NCBI GenBank assembly: GCA_963793265.1
Contig: CAWBZI010000001.1
Coordinates: forward strand, 960,001-1,024,000
DNA from: an uncultured cyanobacterium
Lineage (GTDB): Bacteria; Cyanobacteriota; Cyanobacteriia; Phormidesmidales; Phormidesmidaceae
DNA: 64,000 nucleotides
Reading direction: 5' to 3'
In this document: in pieces, positions 51,972 to 62,104 of the stretch
Layout: each line of letters opens with the position of its first letter
Position numbering within the stretch: the stretch's first letter is position 1
The notes under the pieces: generated by a model
The model's database searches: none
The model's input: only the letters and a program-made list of their open reading frames with translations
What the model was told of the DNA's origin: nothing
Made by a program: the position numbers and the translations under genes

Positions 51972-54900
51972 ATGCCTAACACTTCTACTTCCAATGCCCA
52001 AACCGTAGGCCAGTGGCAGTTTTGGATCGACCGTGGCGGCACCTTTACCGATATTGTTGCGCAGCGCCCAGACGGATCTACCGTCGTTCACAAGCTGCTA
52101 TCTGAGAATCCTGAGCACTATGATGATGCACCGATTCAAGGAATTCGTGAGCTGTTAGAAGTAGAAGAAGGCGCGCCGATTCCTGCTGAGAAGATTTCGG
52201 TGGTGAAGATGGGAACAACGGTGGCGACAAATGCTTTGTTGGAGCGGAAGGGCGATCGCACCCTATTCATCACCACTAAAGGCTTCCGCGATGGTCTGCG
52301 CATTGGCTATCAAAACCGTCCTGATATCTTCGCTAGAGAGATTGTTCTACCTGAGATGCTTTATGAAAAAGTGATTGAGGTAGATGAGCGTGTGACCTCA
52401 GAAGGGGAAGTGCTTCAGGCGATTACGGCTGACGTTGAAAAGCAGGTTCGAGGAGATTTACAGGCTGCTTATGATGAAGGGATTCGGGCTTGTGCGATCG
52501 CCTTCATTCACGGCTACCGCTACCCCACTCACGAGCAACAGATCGCTGCCATAGCCCAGCAAATCGGCTTCACCCAAATCTCCGTATCCCACAAAGTTAG
52601 CCCGCTCATCAAATGGGTCAGTCGAGGCGACACAACCGTAGTAGACGCCTATCTTTCTCCCTTACTGCGGCGCTATGTTAATCGAATTGAACAGTCGCTC
52701 GGCGCAAACACAGCCCAGCCTCAGCTATTATTTATGCAGTCCAATGGCGGCCTTACCCCGGCTCAGTTTTTCCAGGGCAAAGATAGCATTCTTTCAGGCC
52801 CGGCAGGCGGTATTGTCGGCGCGGTTCAAACCAGCCGCATTGCAGGCTACAACAAAATTATCACCTTCGATATGGGCGGCACGTCTACCGATGTTGCTCA
52901 CTTCAATGGAGAGAATGATGGGACGTATGAGCGCGTTTTTGAAACAGAAGTTGCGGGCGTGCGGATGCGGGCTCCGATGATGGCGATTCATACGGTGGCG
53001 GCAGGTGGCGGTTCTGTATTGGGTTTTGATGGCGATCGCTTGCAAGTCGGCCCCGAATCAGCAGGCGCACACCCCGGCCCTACCTGCTATCGCAACAATG
53101 GCCCGCTCACGGTCACAGACTGCAACGTAATGGTCGGTAAAATTCAGCCGCAGTTTTTCCCTCAAGTGTTTGGGGCTCAAGGCGATCAGGCTTTAGATCG
53201 TGAAGGTGTGCAGATTAAGTTTACTGAACTAGCTGAGCAAATTAAGGCTTCGACAGGGGTGGAGAATTCGCCAGAGCAGGTGGCTGAGGGATTTTTAGCG
53301 ATCGCTATCGACAACATGGCAAACGCCATCAAAAAAATCTCCGTTCAAAAGGGCTATGACGTAGGCGACTATACACTTTGTTGCTTCGGTGCAGCGGGCG
53401 GACAACACGCCTGCCGTTTAGCTGAGAGTTTGGGTATGAAAACAATTCTCATTCATCCCTACGCAGGCGTACTGTCTGCGTATGGCATGGGCTTAGCAGA
53501 TAGACGTGTGCTCAAAGAGAGATCGATAGAAGCTGATATTGAAACGGATTTAACAAAACCGCTAGATGGCTTAGTAAGCGAGGCCACCGCAGAACTAGAA
53601 AAGCAAGGGAATCGTGATATTGATGCTATAGGGGTTTTGCGGCAGGTACATTTACGCTATCAGGGAACAGATTCTACTTTGGCAGTAGAGTTTGCTTCTC
53701 CAGCAACAATGCGGCAGCAGTTTGAGCAGCGCTATCAGCAGCAGTATGGCATCACGTTAGCTGATAAGGGTCTAGTGGTCGCAACAATTACAGCAGAAGT
53801 TGTGGGTAAAACAAAAGCGCCTGATGAGACTGTTCTAGCGACCAGTGAAATCAATTCAAAAGCCCCAACAGAGATTGCTCACGTACCGCTATTCTCAGCA
53901 AATGAATGGCACAATACACCCGTATTTCAGCGGCAGGCGTTACAGGCCGGACAGAAGATTGTTGGCCCTGCAATTGTGTTAGAGGCGACCGGGACTAATA
54001 TCGTTGAGCCAGGGTGGGAAGTAGCGGTAACCGAGCGCGGCGATTTGGTTTTGACTCAGATTTCTCAAGTGTCGTATGAGGCGCAACAGATTTCTGATGA
54101 GGGCAAGCCCGATCCAGTGCGGCTAGAGATTTTCAATAATTTGTTTCAGGCGATCGCAGAACAAATGGGCTTCACGCTCCAAAACACCAGCTCATCCGTC
54201 AACATCAAAGAACGCCTGGACTTCTCCTGCGCCATCTTTAACGGTCAAGGTCAGCTCGTCGCCAATGCACCCCACATTCCTGTCCATCTCGGCTCCATGG
54301 GCGAAAGCGTTCAAGCGCTGATTGCCGATCAGCAAAAGCCTTTCCAGCCAGGAGACGTGTTTATCTCCAACAATCCATACAACGGTGGCACACACCTACC
54401 AGATATTACAGCGATCACGCCTGTGTTCTCCGATAGCGACAAGCCACTGTTCTTTGTCGCTTCGCGAGGTCACCATGCCGATATTGGCGGTATTACGCCA
54501 GGGTCTATGCCGCCAAATAGTACGACGTTGGAGCAGGAAGGGGTTTTGTTGGATAACTTTTTGCTGGTAGAGCGCGGCGTGTTAGATGAGGATGGGTTGC
54601 GCGATTGTCTCACCACTGCCACCTATCCCGCCCGTAATCCTGACCAAAACCTGGCCGACCTCCAGGCCCAAATCGCTGCCAACAACAAAGGCGCTCAAGA
54701 ACTTCAGCGCATGGTCGCTCAATACGGTCTGCAAACCGTACAAGCCTACATGCAGCACGTACAAAACAACGCCGAACAAGCCGTCCGCAATGTCATCAGC
54801 CAGCTAGTCATCAGCCAGCTAGCCGCCCAGCACACACACACCACACACCTCACCGTCCCCATGGACTGCGGCGCACAAATAAAAGTCTCCATCACCCTAA

Positions 54901-55715
54901 ATCCCACCGACAACAGCGCTCTCATCGACTTCACCGGCACCTCACCCCAACAGTCCAACAACTTCAACGCCCCCCTCGCCGTCTGCAAAGCCGCCGTCCT
55001 CTATGTCTTCCGCACCCTCGTAGACGCCCCCATCCCCCTCAACGCCGGATGCCTCAAACCGCTAGACATCCGCGTCCCCACCCGCTCCATGCTCAACCCC
55101 ACCTATCCCGCCGCTGTCGTCGCGGGCAATGTCGAAACCTCCCAAGCCGTCACCGACGCTCTCTACGGAGCCCTCGGCATCCTCGCCGCCTCCCAAGGCA
55201 CCATGAACAACTTCACCTTCGGCAACGGCCAGTATCAATACTACGAAACCATCTGCGGCGGCTCGGGCGCTGGCAATGGCTTCCATGGTACGGATGCTGT
55301 GCAAACCCATATGACCAACTCTCGGCTCACCGATCCTGAGGTACTAGAGTTACGTTTTCCGGTATTGCTAAAAGAGTTTTCAATCCGACCAAACAGCGGC
55401 GGTAGTGGTCAATATCACGGCGGGAACGGTGTCGTTCGGCACCTTGTCTTCCACGAGACGATGACGGCTAATCTGCTATCAGGGCGGCGTAGCACTGAGC
55501 CCTTTGGTTTGTCAGGTGGAAAAGCTGGAAGACCAGGCAAAGCGGACGTTTGCCGTAAAGATGGCTCTGTTATGAAACTCTCAGCAACGGCCACCGTTGA
55601 GATGCAGCCGGGCGATGAGATTGTGATTGAAACGCCCGGCGGGGGTGGTTACGAATCCTTCAAGAATGCTTCAACATCGGCGGCAGTAGGCATCGAAGAC
55701 TGTGCGCCTGATTGA
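51972..55715 (+). CDS. Fused hydantoinase A/B, ATP-dependent 5-oxoprolinase family
   Basis: IDRGGTFTD, GTTVATNALLE, SGPAGG, DMGGTSTD, NIKERLDFSC, PHIPVHLGSM, GGTHLPD, ETPGGGG. Confidence 0.95.
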   Translation: MPNTSTSNAQTVGQWQFWIDRGGTFTDIVAQRPDGSTVVHKLLSENPEHYDDAPIQGIRELLEVEEGAPIPAEKISVVKMGTTVATNALLERKGDRTLFITTKGFRDGLRIGYQNRPDIFAREIVLPEMLYEKVIEVDERVTSEGEVLQAITADVEKQVRGDLQAAYDEGIRACAIAFIHGYRYPTHEQQIAAIAQQIGFTQISVSHKVSPLIKWVSRGDTTVVDAYLSPLLRRYVNRIEQSLGANTAQPQLLFMQSNGGLTPAQFFQGKDSILSGPAGGIVGAVQTSRIAGYNKIITFDMGGTSTDVAHFNGENDGTYERVFETEVAGVRMRAPMMAIHTVAAGGGSVLGFDGDRLQVGPESAGAHPGPTCYRNNGPLTVTDCNVMVGKIQPQFFPQVFGAQGDQALDREGVQIKFTELAEQIKASTGVENSPEQVAEGFLAIAIDNMANAIKKISVQKGYDVGDYTLCCFGAAGGQHACRLAESLGMKTILIHPYAGVLSAYGMGLADRRVLKERSIEADIETDLTKPLDGLVSEATAELEKQGNRDIDAIGVLRQVHLRYQGTDSTLAVEFASPATMRQQFEQRYQQQYGITLADKGLVVATITAEVVGKTKAPDETVLATSEINSKAPTEIAHVPLFSANEWHNTPVFQRQALQAGQKIVGPAIVLEATGTNIVEPGWEVAVTERGDLVLTQISQVSYEAQQISDEGKPDPVRLEIFNNLFQAIAEQMGFTLQNTSSSVNIKERLDFSCAIFNGQGQLVANAPHIPVHLGSMGESVQALIADQQKPFQPGDVFISNNPYNGGTHLPDITAITPVFSDSDKPLFFVASRGHHADIGGITPGSMPPNSTTLEQEGVLLDNFLLVERGVLDEDGLRDCLTTATYPARNPDQNLADLQAQIAANNKGAQELQRMVAQYGLQTVQAYMQHVQNNAEQAVRNVISQLVISQLAAQHTHTTHLTVPMDCGAQIKVSITLNPTDNSALIDFTGTSPQQSNNFNAPLAVCKAAVLYVFRTLVDAPIPLNAGCLKPLDIRVPTRSMLNPTYPAAVVAGNVETSQAVTDALYGALGILAASQGTMNNFTFGNGQYQYYETICGGSGAGNGFHGTDAVQTHMTNSRLTDPEVLELRFPVLLKEFSIRPNSGGSGQYHGGNGVVRHLVFHETMTANLLSGRRSTEPFGLSGGKAGRPGKADVCRKDGSVMKLSATATVEMQPGDEIVIETPGGGGYESFKNASTSAAVGIEDCAPD

Positions 55716-56626
55716 GTGACGGCTAGGGCCGCAACGGCGCTAGCGTAGTCAACAATAGGTCTGAGGAAGTCGTGACTAGACAGGTTAAGGGCGATATCAG
55801 CACGAGAAAAGCCGGTTTGGCAGAGGGCAGCGGCTAGGCCCCCATTAAAGGCGTCACCGGCTGCGATGGTGTCGGTGACTTCGACGGGAAAGGCTTGAGT
55901 GGCGAAGGTGCCGTTCTCTGTGGCGCAGATGCAGCCGAGTTCGCCCATTTTTACGATCACCACGGCTATGCCCCGGCGCTGAAGGGTTTCGGCAGCAGCG
56001 ATCGCACCCTTCACATCCAGCACATCCATCCCCGTAAGCTTCGCAGCCTCCGTCTGATTCGGCGTTAAAATCGAAATATACTCACAAAAATCTGCCGACA
56101 GCGATTCTTCCCAAGCGGGCACAGGAGCCGGATCAACAATCACCGTGAGGCCCGCTAAAGACGCTAGGGCGGCGGCTTTTTCAACAGTCGGCAGCGGAAT
56201 TTCAAACTGAAGTAGAAGCACCTGCGCCTGATTGAAATAGGGCGTGAGCCGGTCTAAATCTAGCTCGCTAATTTCGGCATTCGCGCCTGAGACAACAATA
56301 ATTTGATTATTCAGCGGTGAAAGGGTGATCAGGGCAGTGCCAGAAGGCGCTGTTTTGCTGGTGCCAAGTGCCGAGATAGTAATGTTTTCAGACTGGAGGC
56401 GATCGCGCAAAATCTTCCCAAAGCCATCATCCCCCACCCGGCCTACCATCGCCGTTTTCGCGCCCAAGCGAGCCGCCGCCACCGCCTGATTAGCACCCTT
56501 GCCGCCTGGCACCGTCGCAAAGCCTCTACCCGTCAGCGTTTCGCCCGGCTTTGGCAACCGATCTACCTGCGCCACCAAATCCATATTGACGCTGCCCAAC
56601 ACCACCACATCCACCGCATTCGCCAT
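55649..56626 (-). CDS. rbsK: Ribokinase
   Basis: GSVNMDL, PGGKGANQAVAAARLG, PNQTEA, DTIAAGDAF. Confidence 0.93.
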   Translation of the reverse strand: MANAVDVVVLGSVNMDLVAQVDRLPKPGETLTGRGFATVPGGKGANQAVAAARLGAKTAMVGRVGDDGFGKILRDRLQSENITISALGTSKTAPSGTALITLSPLNNQIIVVSGANAEISELDLDRLTPYFNQAQVLLLQFEIPLPTVEKAAALASLAGLTVIVDPAPVPAWEESLSADFCEYISILTPNQTEAAKLTGMDVLDVKGAIAAAETLQRRGIAVVIVKMGELGCICATENGTFATQAFPVEVTDTIAAGDAFNGGLAAALCQTGFSRADIALNLSSHDFLRPIVDYASAVAALAVTQSGAQSSMPTAADVEAFLKDS

Positions 56627-56633
56627 CGGATCT

Positions 56634-56894
56634 TTAGTCCTCGCCTTCTTCTGACTTCTTATCCCAATCTACCGGCGGCCTATCCGAACTCCAGCCCCAC
56701 CACACCGTATTGCACTCACACTGATAGAACTCTTGCCACTTACGCTTACGCCCTTCACCAAACACAGGCGCGCGGCGGTTGAGCCATACGGCTTTGGCCT
56801 CCCGGCTACCTTCGCCACACTTAGGACAGCTAAACGGCTGAGCGTGTACGGCATCTTTTGTCCAGTCGGGCGGAAACTGTGCGAATGCATCCAT
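56634..56894 (-). CDS. Small conserved cyanobacterial protein with Cys motifs
   Basis: MDAFAQFPPDW...CPKC...VWLNRRAPV...KWQEFYQCEC..WWGWSSDRPP. Confidence 0.75.
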   Translation of the reverse strand: MDAFAQFPPDWTKDAVHAQPFSCPKCGEGSREAKAVWLNRRAPVFGEGRKRKWQEFYQCECNTVWWGWSSDRPPVDWDKKSEEGED

Positions 56895-57003
56895 CGGGGC
56901 GATCGCTCCAGAAATAGCAGGAGGGTATAAACAGCTAGGCTCTATTATGGCGCGTCCTTGCTTGCCTGAACGAATGCGCCATCGGCTTACTATATAGTTA
57001 GGA

Positions 57004-58218
57004 ATGGCGAAAGCCAAAGAAAACATTACGGATGGTATCTTTCCTGTGAAAGCCATAACCTTGCTCGGTTCTACGGGTTCTATCGGCACCCAAACACTCG
57101 ATATTGTCGAGTCGAATCCCGATAAGTTTAGGCTGGTCGGCATCGCGGCGGGCAGTAACGTCACGCTGCTGGCTGAGCAGGTGATGCAGTTTAAGCCTGA
57201 GATTGTCGCTATTTGCGATAAGAGCAAGGTAGATGAGCTGAAAAGTGCGATCGCTGCTCTCGATCCTCAGCCAGTCATCCTAGCAGGCGAAGAAGGCGTG
57301 GTAGAAGTGGCCCGCTATGGCGACGCTGAAGCCGTGGTCACTGGCATTGTCGGCTGCGCAGGTCTATTACCTACGCTCGCGGCCATTGAAGCCGGTAAGG
57401 ATATTGCCCTAGCTAATAAAGAAACGCTAATTGCAGGTGGCCCGGTCGTGCTGCCTTTAGCCGAAAAGCATGGCGTTAAGCTGCTGCCAGCCGACTCTGA
57501 GCACTCCGCTATTTTCCAATGTTTGCAGGGTGTCCCTAAAGCAGGGCTACGCCGCATTTTACTTACTGCTTCAGGTGGCGCTTTCCGCGATTGGCCGGTA
57601 GAAGACTTGCCCAAGGTCACCATGGCCGATGCGATTAAGCATCCTAACTGGTCAATGGGTCGCAAGATTACCGTGGACTCTGCGACTCTGATGAACAAGG
57701 GGCTAGAGGTGATTGAAGCGCACTATCTCTTTGGCATGGACTACGACAATATTGATATTGTCATTCACCCGCAGAGCATTATTCATTCGCTCATTGAGCT
57801 ACAAGACACCTCAATGCTCGCGCAGCTAGGCTGGCCCGACATGCGTTTGCCGTTGCTCTATGCCCTCTCCTGGCCCGAGCGAATTTACACCGACTGGGAG
57901 CCGTTAGATTTAGTAAAATCAGGCGATCTGACGTTCCGAGAGCCCAATCATAAAAAGTATCCCTGTATGGATTTGGCCTACGCGGCAGGCAGGGCGGGCG
58001 GCACGATGACGGCGGTGCTGAATGCGGCCAATGAGCAGGCGGTGGCTTTGTTTTTAGAAGAGAAGATTCATTATCTGGATATTCCCAAGGTGATCGAGAA
58101 GGTGTGCGATCGCCACAGAAATGATCTCAACACAGCGCCTGGCCTGGAAGATATCCTCGCGGTAGACCAGTGGGCGCGCACGGCCATTCTCGAACTCGGT
58201 GCCGCTGTTGCCTCCTAA
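57004..58218 (+). CDS. dxr: 1-deoxy-D-xylulose-5-phosphate reductoisomerase
   Basis: [49 protein letters not shown]. Start may be the GTG at 57046. Confidence 0.98.
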   Translation: MAKAKENITDGIFPVKAITLLGSTGSIGTQTLDIVESNPDKFRLVGIAAGSNVTLLAEQVMQFKPEIVAICDKSKVDELKSAIAALDPQPVILAGEEGVVEVARYGDAEAVVTGIVGCAGLLPTLAAIEAGKDIALANKETLIAGGPVVLPLAEKHGVKLLPADSEHSAIFQCLQGVPKAGLRRILLTASGGAFRDWPVEDLPKVTMADAIKHPNWSMGRKITVDSATLMNKGLEVIEAHYLFGMDYDNIDIVIHPQSIIHSLIELQDTSMLAQLGWPDMRLPLLYALSWPERIYTDWEPLDLVKSGDLTFREPNHKKYPCMDLAYAAGRAGGTMTAVLNAANEQAVALFLEEKIHYLDIPKVIEKVCDRHRNDLNTAPGLEDILAVDQWARTAILELGAAVAS

Positions 58219-58362
58219 AATTGGTTGCGCCTAGTCGGTAATACTGAAGTTCAGGCAGTCAGGAACCGGCGATCGCGATGCTGATGTAAACTACATGCGC
58301 CTAGTTCATTCTCTATGTAGCCTGGGCGTGTGCTTAAGATTAAGGAGCTAGAGGAAAATAAA

Positions 58363-58575
58363 ATGGAGATAGCCCTAACGTTAGGAGCGGTAGCGATCGC
58401 TGCCATGATATTTTTCTGGCTAGTCGGCGTGGTCAAAACCACCCTCAAAACCGCCTTCTTAGTCATGTTCTTTTTGCTCGGCCTGTGGCTCGCCTTCGGC
58501 ATTGGCCCGACTGACGTATGGGAAACCATTCGCAACTGGCTCCCCGACTTTTTCTTTCCAAACAATAATGGTTGA
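58363..58575 (+). CDS. Small membrane protein
   Basis: Two hydrophobic helices, VVKTTLKTAF, FGIGP. Confidence 0.7.
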   Translation: MEIALTLGAVAIAAMIFFWLVGVVKTTLKTAFLVMFFLLGLWLAFGIGPTDVWETIRNWLPDFFFPNNNG

Positions 58576-58584
58576 TGGGATTAG

Positions 58585-60012
58585 ATGTCTGCTCGTAGCA
58601 CTGCCAAAGCTTCTGTAGAAGGGCTTGAAAAAGTTAAGCGGGCGATCGCACAAAAAGGCTGGCGCAAAACCAGTCCCGTCCTCTTAGACGCAGCCTGCGT
58701 TAGCGCAGCGACCATCAAACGCTTTTGGCGCGGTATTCCCGTCAGCCAAGAAAGCTTTCAATCTATCTGCCGAGCGGTGAACCTTAGCATCGCTGAGGTA
58801 ATCGAAGTCGAAGAAGCTGAGCTTGAAGAGACAAATGCTAACGCTTATAGCGGTCTTTGGGTGGGGCGCGAGGCATTGGTTAACAAACTCAGCGCTCAGC
58901 TTAGGGGCGACACCCGGTTACTGTCGATTGTGGGCATTGCTGGAATCGGTAAAACTGAACTGGCCCGCTACCTCGCAGGCAGCTTGACCGCAGAGGGCTA
59001 CAACTGCATACATCTCAACTGCGACTCAACCACGCCACCAACGCTGGCTTCTATTGCCCACGCCTTATTAAAGCAGAGCAATCAGCCAGGTCTTAATCTC
59101 AGCATTCCTCGCCTTATTGAGCACTTACAGCAGCACAAGTATCTGTTCATTATTGATGCTTTAGAGAGTTTGCTTTTAGACGATGTAGTCACAGGCTACA
59201 GTCGCTTCAAGAATCCTCTGTGGCGAGTATTTTTTCAGTCTATATTGGCCGCCGATAGCTGCTCCAGTCGGTTTATATTCACCTCTCAGAGTATTCCTAA
59301 TGAGTTAGAGACTTTAGGAGAAAGTTGGCTCGGGCGATCGCACACCCAAGTCATCACCGGTCTATCCCCTACCGCACAGCTCGATCTCTTTGCTCAGCTA
59401 GGGCTTTTCCCACTGCCTAACTCAGCAGAGCACGGCTACCTCACTCAAATTGGGCTCGCCTATGACGGACACCCTCTGGCACTAAAGGCGATCGCTCAAG
59501 ATATTACAACAGACTTTGGCAACAATATCGCCGCCTACTGGAACGAATGCCAGTCGCACATTGACTCGCAACGCACTGAACAAATCACGACGTTGCACAG
59601 TCATAGTCGCGCGCTCCGACGACGCCTCCAGCCAAAGCTCGAACGCAGCTTGCTTAGACTCTCAACCCATATCCCACTGGCCTACCGGCTACTCTATGCA
59701 GGCTGCGTAGTCGGTGAAAGCTCAAAGCTCAGCCATCAGTGGGTGCAAATAGCTCAACAGGTTTGTGCTGAGTATAAAACAGGTCTTTTGAAAACAGAGT
59801 CGCCAGCATTATTAGCAGAAGCAGGCGCTTTGATAGATGTGCTGAGCGATCGCGCCCTCCTCACGCCTACCGTCATAGACAATCGCCTCTATTTCAGTAC
59901 CCACCCGCTCATACGCAGTCTGCTGTTGTCTCGTAAGGCCATGGCTCAAGACGGCTCAGATAGCTCAGATCTCCGTATTCTCTCTGGCATTTCTGCTCCA
60001 CCTAAAGACTGA
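58585..60012 (+). CDS. HTH - NB-ARC (STAND) ATPase without C-terminal sensor repeats
   Basis: N-terminal HTH-like VSAATIKRFWRG..V..ESFQSIC; VGRE, GIAGIGKT, FIIDALE, GHPLAL, HPLIR. Confidence 0.8.
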   Translation: MSARSTAKASVEGLEKVKRAIAQKGWRKTSPVLLDAACVSAATIKRFWRGIPVSQESFQSICRAVNLSIAEVIEVEEAELEETNANAYSGLWVGREALVNKLSAQLRGDTRLLSIVGIAGIGKTELARYLAGSLTAEGYNCIHLNCDSTTPPTLASIAHALLKQSNQPGLNLSIPRLIEHLQQHKYLFIIDALESLLLDDVVTGYSRFKNPLWRVFFQSILAADSCSSRFIFTSQSIPNELETLGESWLGRSHTQVITGLSPTAQLDLFAQLGLFPLPNSAEHGYLTQIGLAYDGHPLALKAIAQDITTDFGNNIAAYWNECQSHIDSQRTEQITTLHSHSRALRRRLQPKLERSLLRLSTHIPLAYRLLYAGCVVGESSKLSHQWVQIAQQVCAEYKTGLLKTESPALLAEAGALIDVLSDRALLTPTVIDNRLYFSTHPLIRSLLLSRKAMAQDGSDSSDLRILSGISAPPKD

Positions 60013-60259
60013 GAAAAGGCTTACCTTCACAGACAAAAGAATCGCCAAAAGCCTTTTGCGAAGAGGGCTGAACCAAAGCCTATTGTCTTCCATTTTCTCC
60101 TTTATGAATATCTTCTTAACCGGCTCTTCAAGGCGCTTCTAAGGAGCCTTACTGAGATACGTACGGAGTGTAAAAACGAACATAAAATGAGCCAATTCGA
60201 GCGGTTCGTTGCGCCACATTAATAAGCGTAGACCCTACTCGATTTGCCAAAATACTTTT

Positions 60260-61048
60260 ATGAAAAAGCTAGTCACTAACCTAAGCATCGCCGCCCTGTC
60301 CACCGCCTCTTTTCTTGCGATCGCACCTAACGCACAAGCCGCAGAACTCAACCTCAGAGGCGACCTACTCAGCCGATTCTCTAGCTATGTTCAAACTGAA
60401 GGTGTAGCCTTCGACGATCCATCGCTCAATAGGCTAGACACGACTGACCTTTACTGGGACGGCGTAGACCCCGTAGAAGTCTTCTTTGTTGATGAGGGTG
60501 CTGGATTTCAGAACCAGCTTCTTTTCCGCACTAACGACAATCCGATGGAGATGATTTTTGATAACGTCTCTGGCAGCGGCAGCATTATGGATCAAGGCAA
60601 CGCTGCACTGGCGCTTGGCGAAGGTAGAGGGCTCGGTACATTTGATGGGCCAACTCAGCTTTCTTTCTTTATCAACGCTGACGGCAATCGCGGCGGCACC
60701 AACCTCTTCGGTGCTGATGAACTGACTGGCACCATGGTTGATGGCAGAGAAGTCAACAGCGATGGACTCTCTCACATGATTGCCTACAACTACTTTGACG
60801 AAGTAGAGCAAGAGAACTACACCATCATCGGGTTTGAAGATCTTTGGGGTGAGCAAGGTACACGCAACAGCGCCATGAATAATGGCTACAACTACAAAGT
60901 TGATAGCGACTACAACGACGTTGTATTTGCCGTGAAAGGTCTTTCTCAAAGCCCAGCGGCGGAGGTGCCTGAGCCTTCTATGCTCCTCGGCTTGATAGGC
61001 GTCGCTGCGCTGGGTGCTAAAGGCGCTAAGCGTAAGCTCGCTGTCTAG
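60260..61048 (+). CDS. Secreted PEP-CTERM protein (DUF4114-like domain)
   Basis: Signal peptide ending AQAA, VFFVDEGAG, IGFEDL, SDYNDVVFAV, C-terminal VPEPS-TM-KRK. Confidence 0.9.
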   Translation: MKKLVTNLSIAALSTASFLAIAPNAQAAELNLRGDLLSRFSSYVQTEGVAFDDPSLNRLDTTDLYWDGVDPVEVFFVDEGAGFQNQLLFRTNDNPMEMIFDNVSGSGSIMDQGNAALALGEGRGLGTFDGPTQLSFFINADGNRGGTNLFGADELTGTMVDGREVNSDGLSHMIAYNYFDEVEQENYTIIGFEDLWGEQGTRNSAMNNGYNYKVDSDYNDVVFAVKGLSQSPAAEVPEPSMLLGLIGVAALGAKGAKRKLAV

Positions 61049-61061
61049 CTTTGGTCATACG

Positions 61062-61090
61062 TATCTGGCCAGGGTGCACTTGGCCAGATA
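61062..61090. repeat. Hairpin just after the PEP-CTERM gene
   Basis: TATCTGGCCA / TGGCCAGATA perfect 10-bp inverted repeat. Confidence 0.6.
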
Positions 61091-61139
61091 GCGCTTGATG
61101 AGATTGTGTCTGCTCCTTTATGTGAATTCTTATCTTTTC

Positions 61140-61186
61140 GGCATTACTTGATTCGCCTTTCACGGCTATTAAGTAATGCCTTTTTT
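61140..61186 (+). terminator. Intrinsic terminator
   Basis: GGCATTACTT...AAGTAATGCC followed by TTTTTT. Confidence 0.7.
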
Positions 61187-61203
61187 ACTTTTTAAAGCCA
61201 TCT

Positions 61204-61920
61204 TCAACAGCGACCCGTTGGCTGATAGCTTTCCATTACCCGACCAAAGCAGCGCAGCAGCGCGTGGTAGCTAGCACTCACCGGATGATCCAAATCATCA
61301 AGAGAGTCGATCCCAATCCCGTTGCGTCCCTTGTCTTTTCCTGAGCTGTGGATGTAGCGCCCTCCGCCAAGGTAGAGGGCTACGTGAGTAGTGCGCTCTG
61401 GGGTGCCAAAGAAAACAAGATCGCCGGGCTGTAGGTCAGCTCTTTCAATGCGCTGGGTGAAGTCTTCTTGCTGGTATGAGTCGCGGGGAAGCTGGATGCC
61501 TGCGGAGGCGAAGGCCGACTGTACTAAACCTGAGCAGTCGTAGTTGGGTGCGCTGGTGCCGCCCCATAAGTATTCGTTGGGTACGGCCATGGCGGCTTTG
61601 GCAAATTCGATCACCTGCGGTAGGCGCGACTGAATATCTTGAGCGGTGAGTTTGGGCGCTTTGTATCGGGTTTCGGCGGCGGTAAGATAGTGGGTGCTGG
61701 TAGCGGGAATCCAGCCTAAGTAATCGTCTTTGCAGATACAGACGCGGATGGCGTGCTGATTCTTGGCGATTTCTAAGACGTGTAGATAGTGGTGGGTGTC
61801 GGCCTGGGTAACAAGGCCCTGGCAGGTAGGTGAGCTGTATAGGTTGATGGGGCGATCGCACTGATAAAACTGGGCTCTGCCCCGGTAAATATCGTCTTGC
61901 AAAGTTTCTAGCGTCACCAT
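61204..61920 (-). CDS. NlpC/P60 (C40) peptidase
   Basis: YLWGG, YDCSGLVQ, LPRDS, PGDLVFF, HVALY, YIHS. Confidence 0.93.
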   Translation of the reverse strand: MVTLETLQDDIYRGRAQFYQCDRPINLYSSPTCQGLVTQADTHHYLHVLEIAKNQHAIRVCICKDDYLGWIPATSTHYLTAAETRYKAPKLTAQDIQSRLPQVIEFAKAAMAVPNEYLWGGTSAPNYDCSGLVQSAFASAGIQLPRDSYQQEDFTQRIERADLQPGDLVFFGTPERTTHVALYLGGGRYIHSSGKDKGRNGIGIDSLDDLDHPVSASYHALLRCFGRVMESYQPTGRC

Positions 61921-62104
61921 TTTTCCACGTCCTAATGCCCAATAGATGACCAACAGATACGTCACCATACCGCAAGAGCTTACGTGAACCAAGCCTTCAA
62001 AAATTAATTTTTCATAGCAATTTTGAGAGAAATTCTATTAAGTGCCCTATGAACGCACCCATAGAAACGGTAGGCTAATATACAGATTTTCTACTGTTTT
62101 CTTT

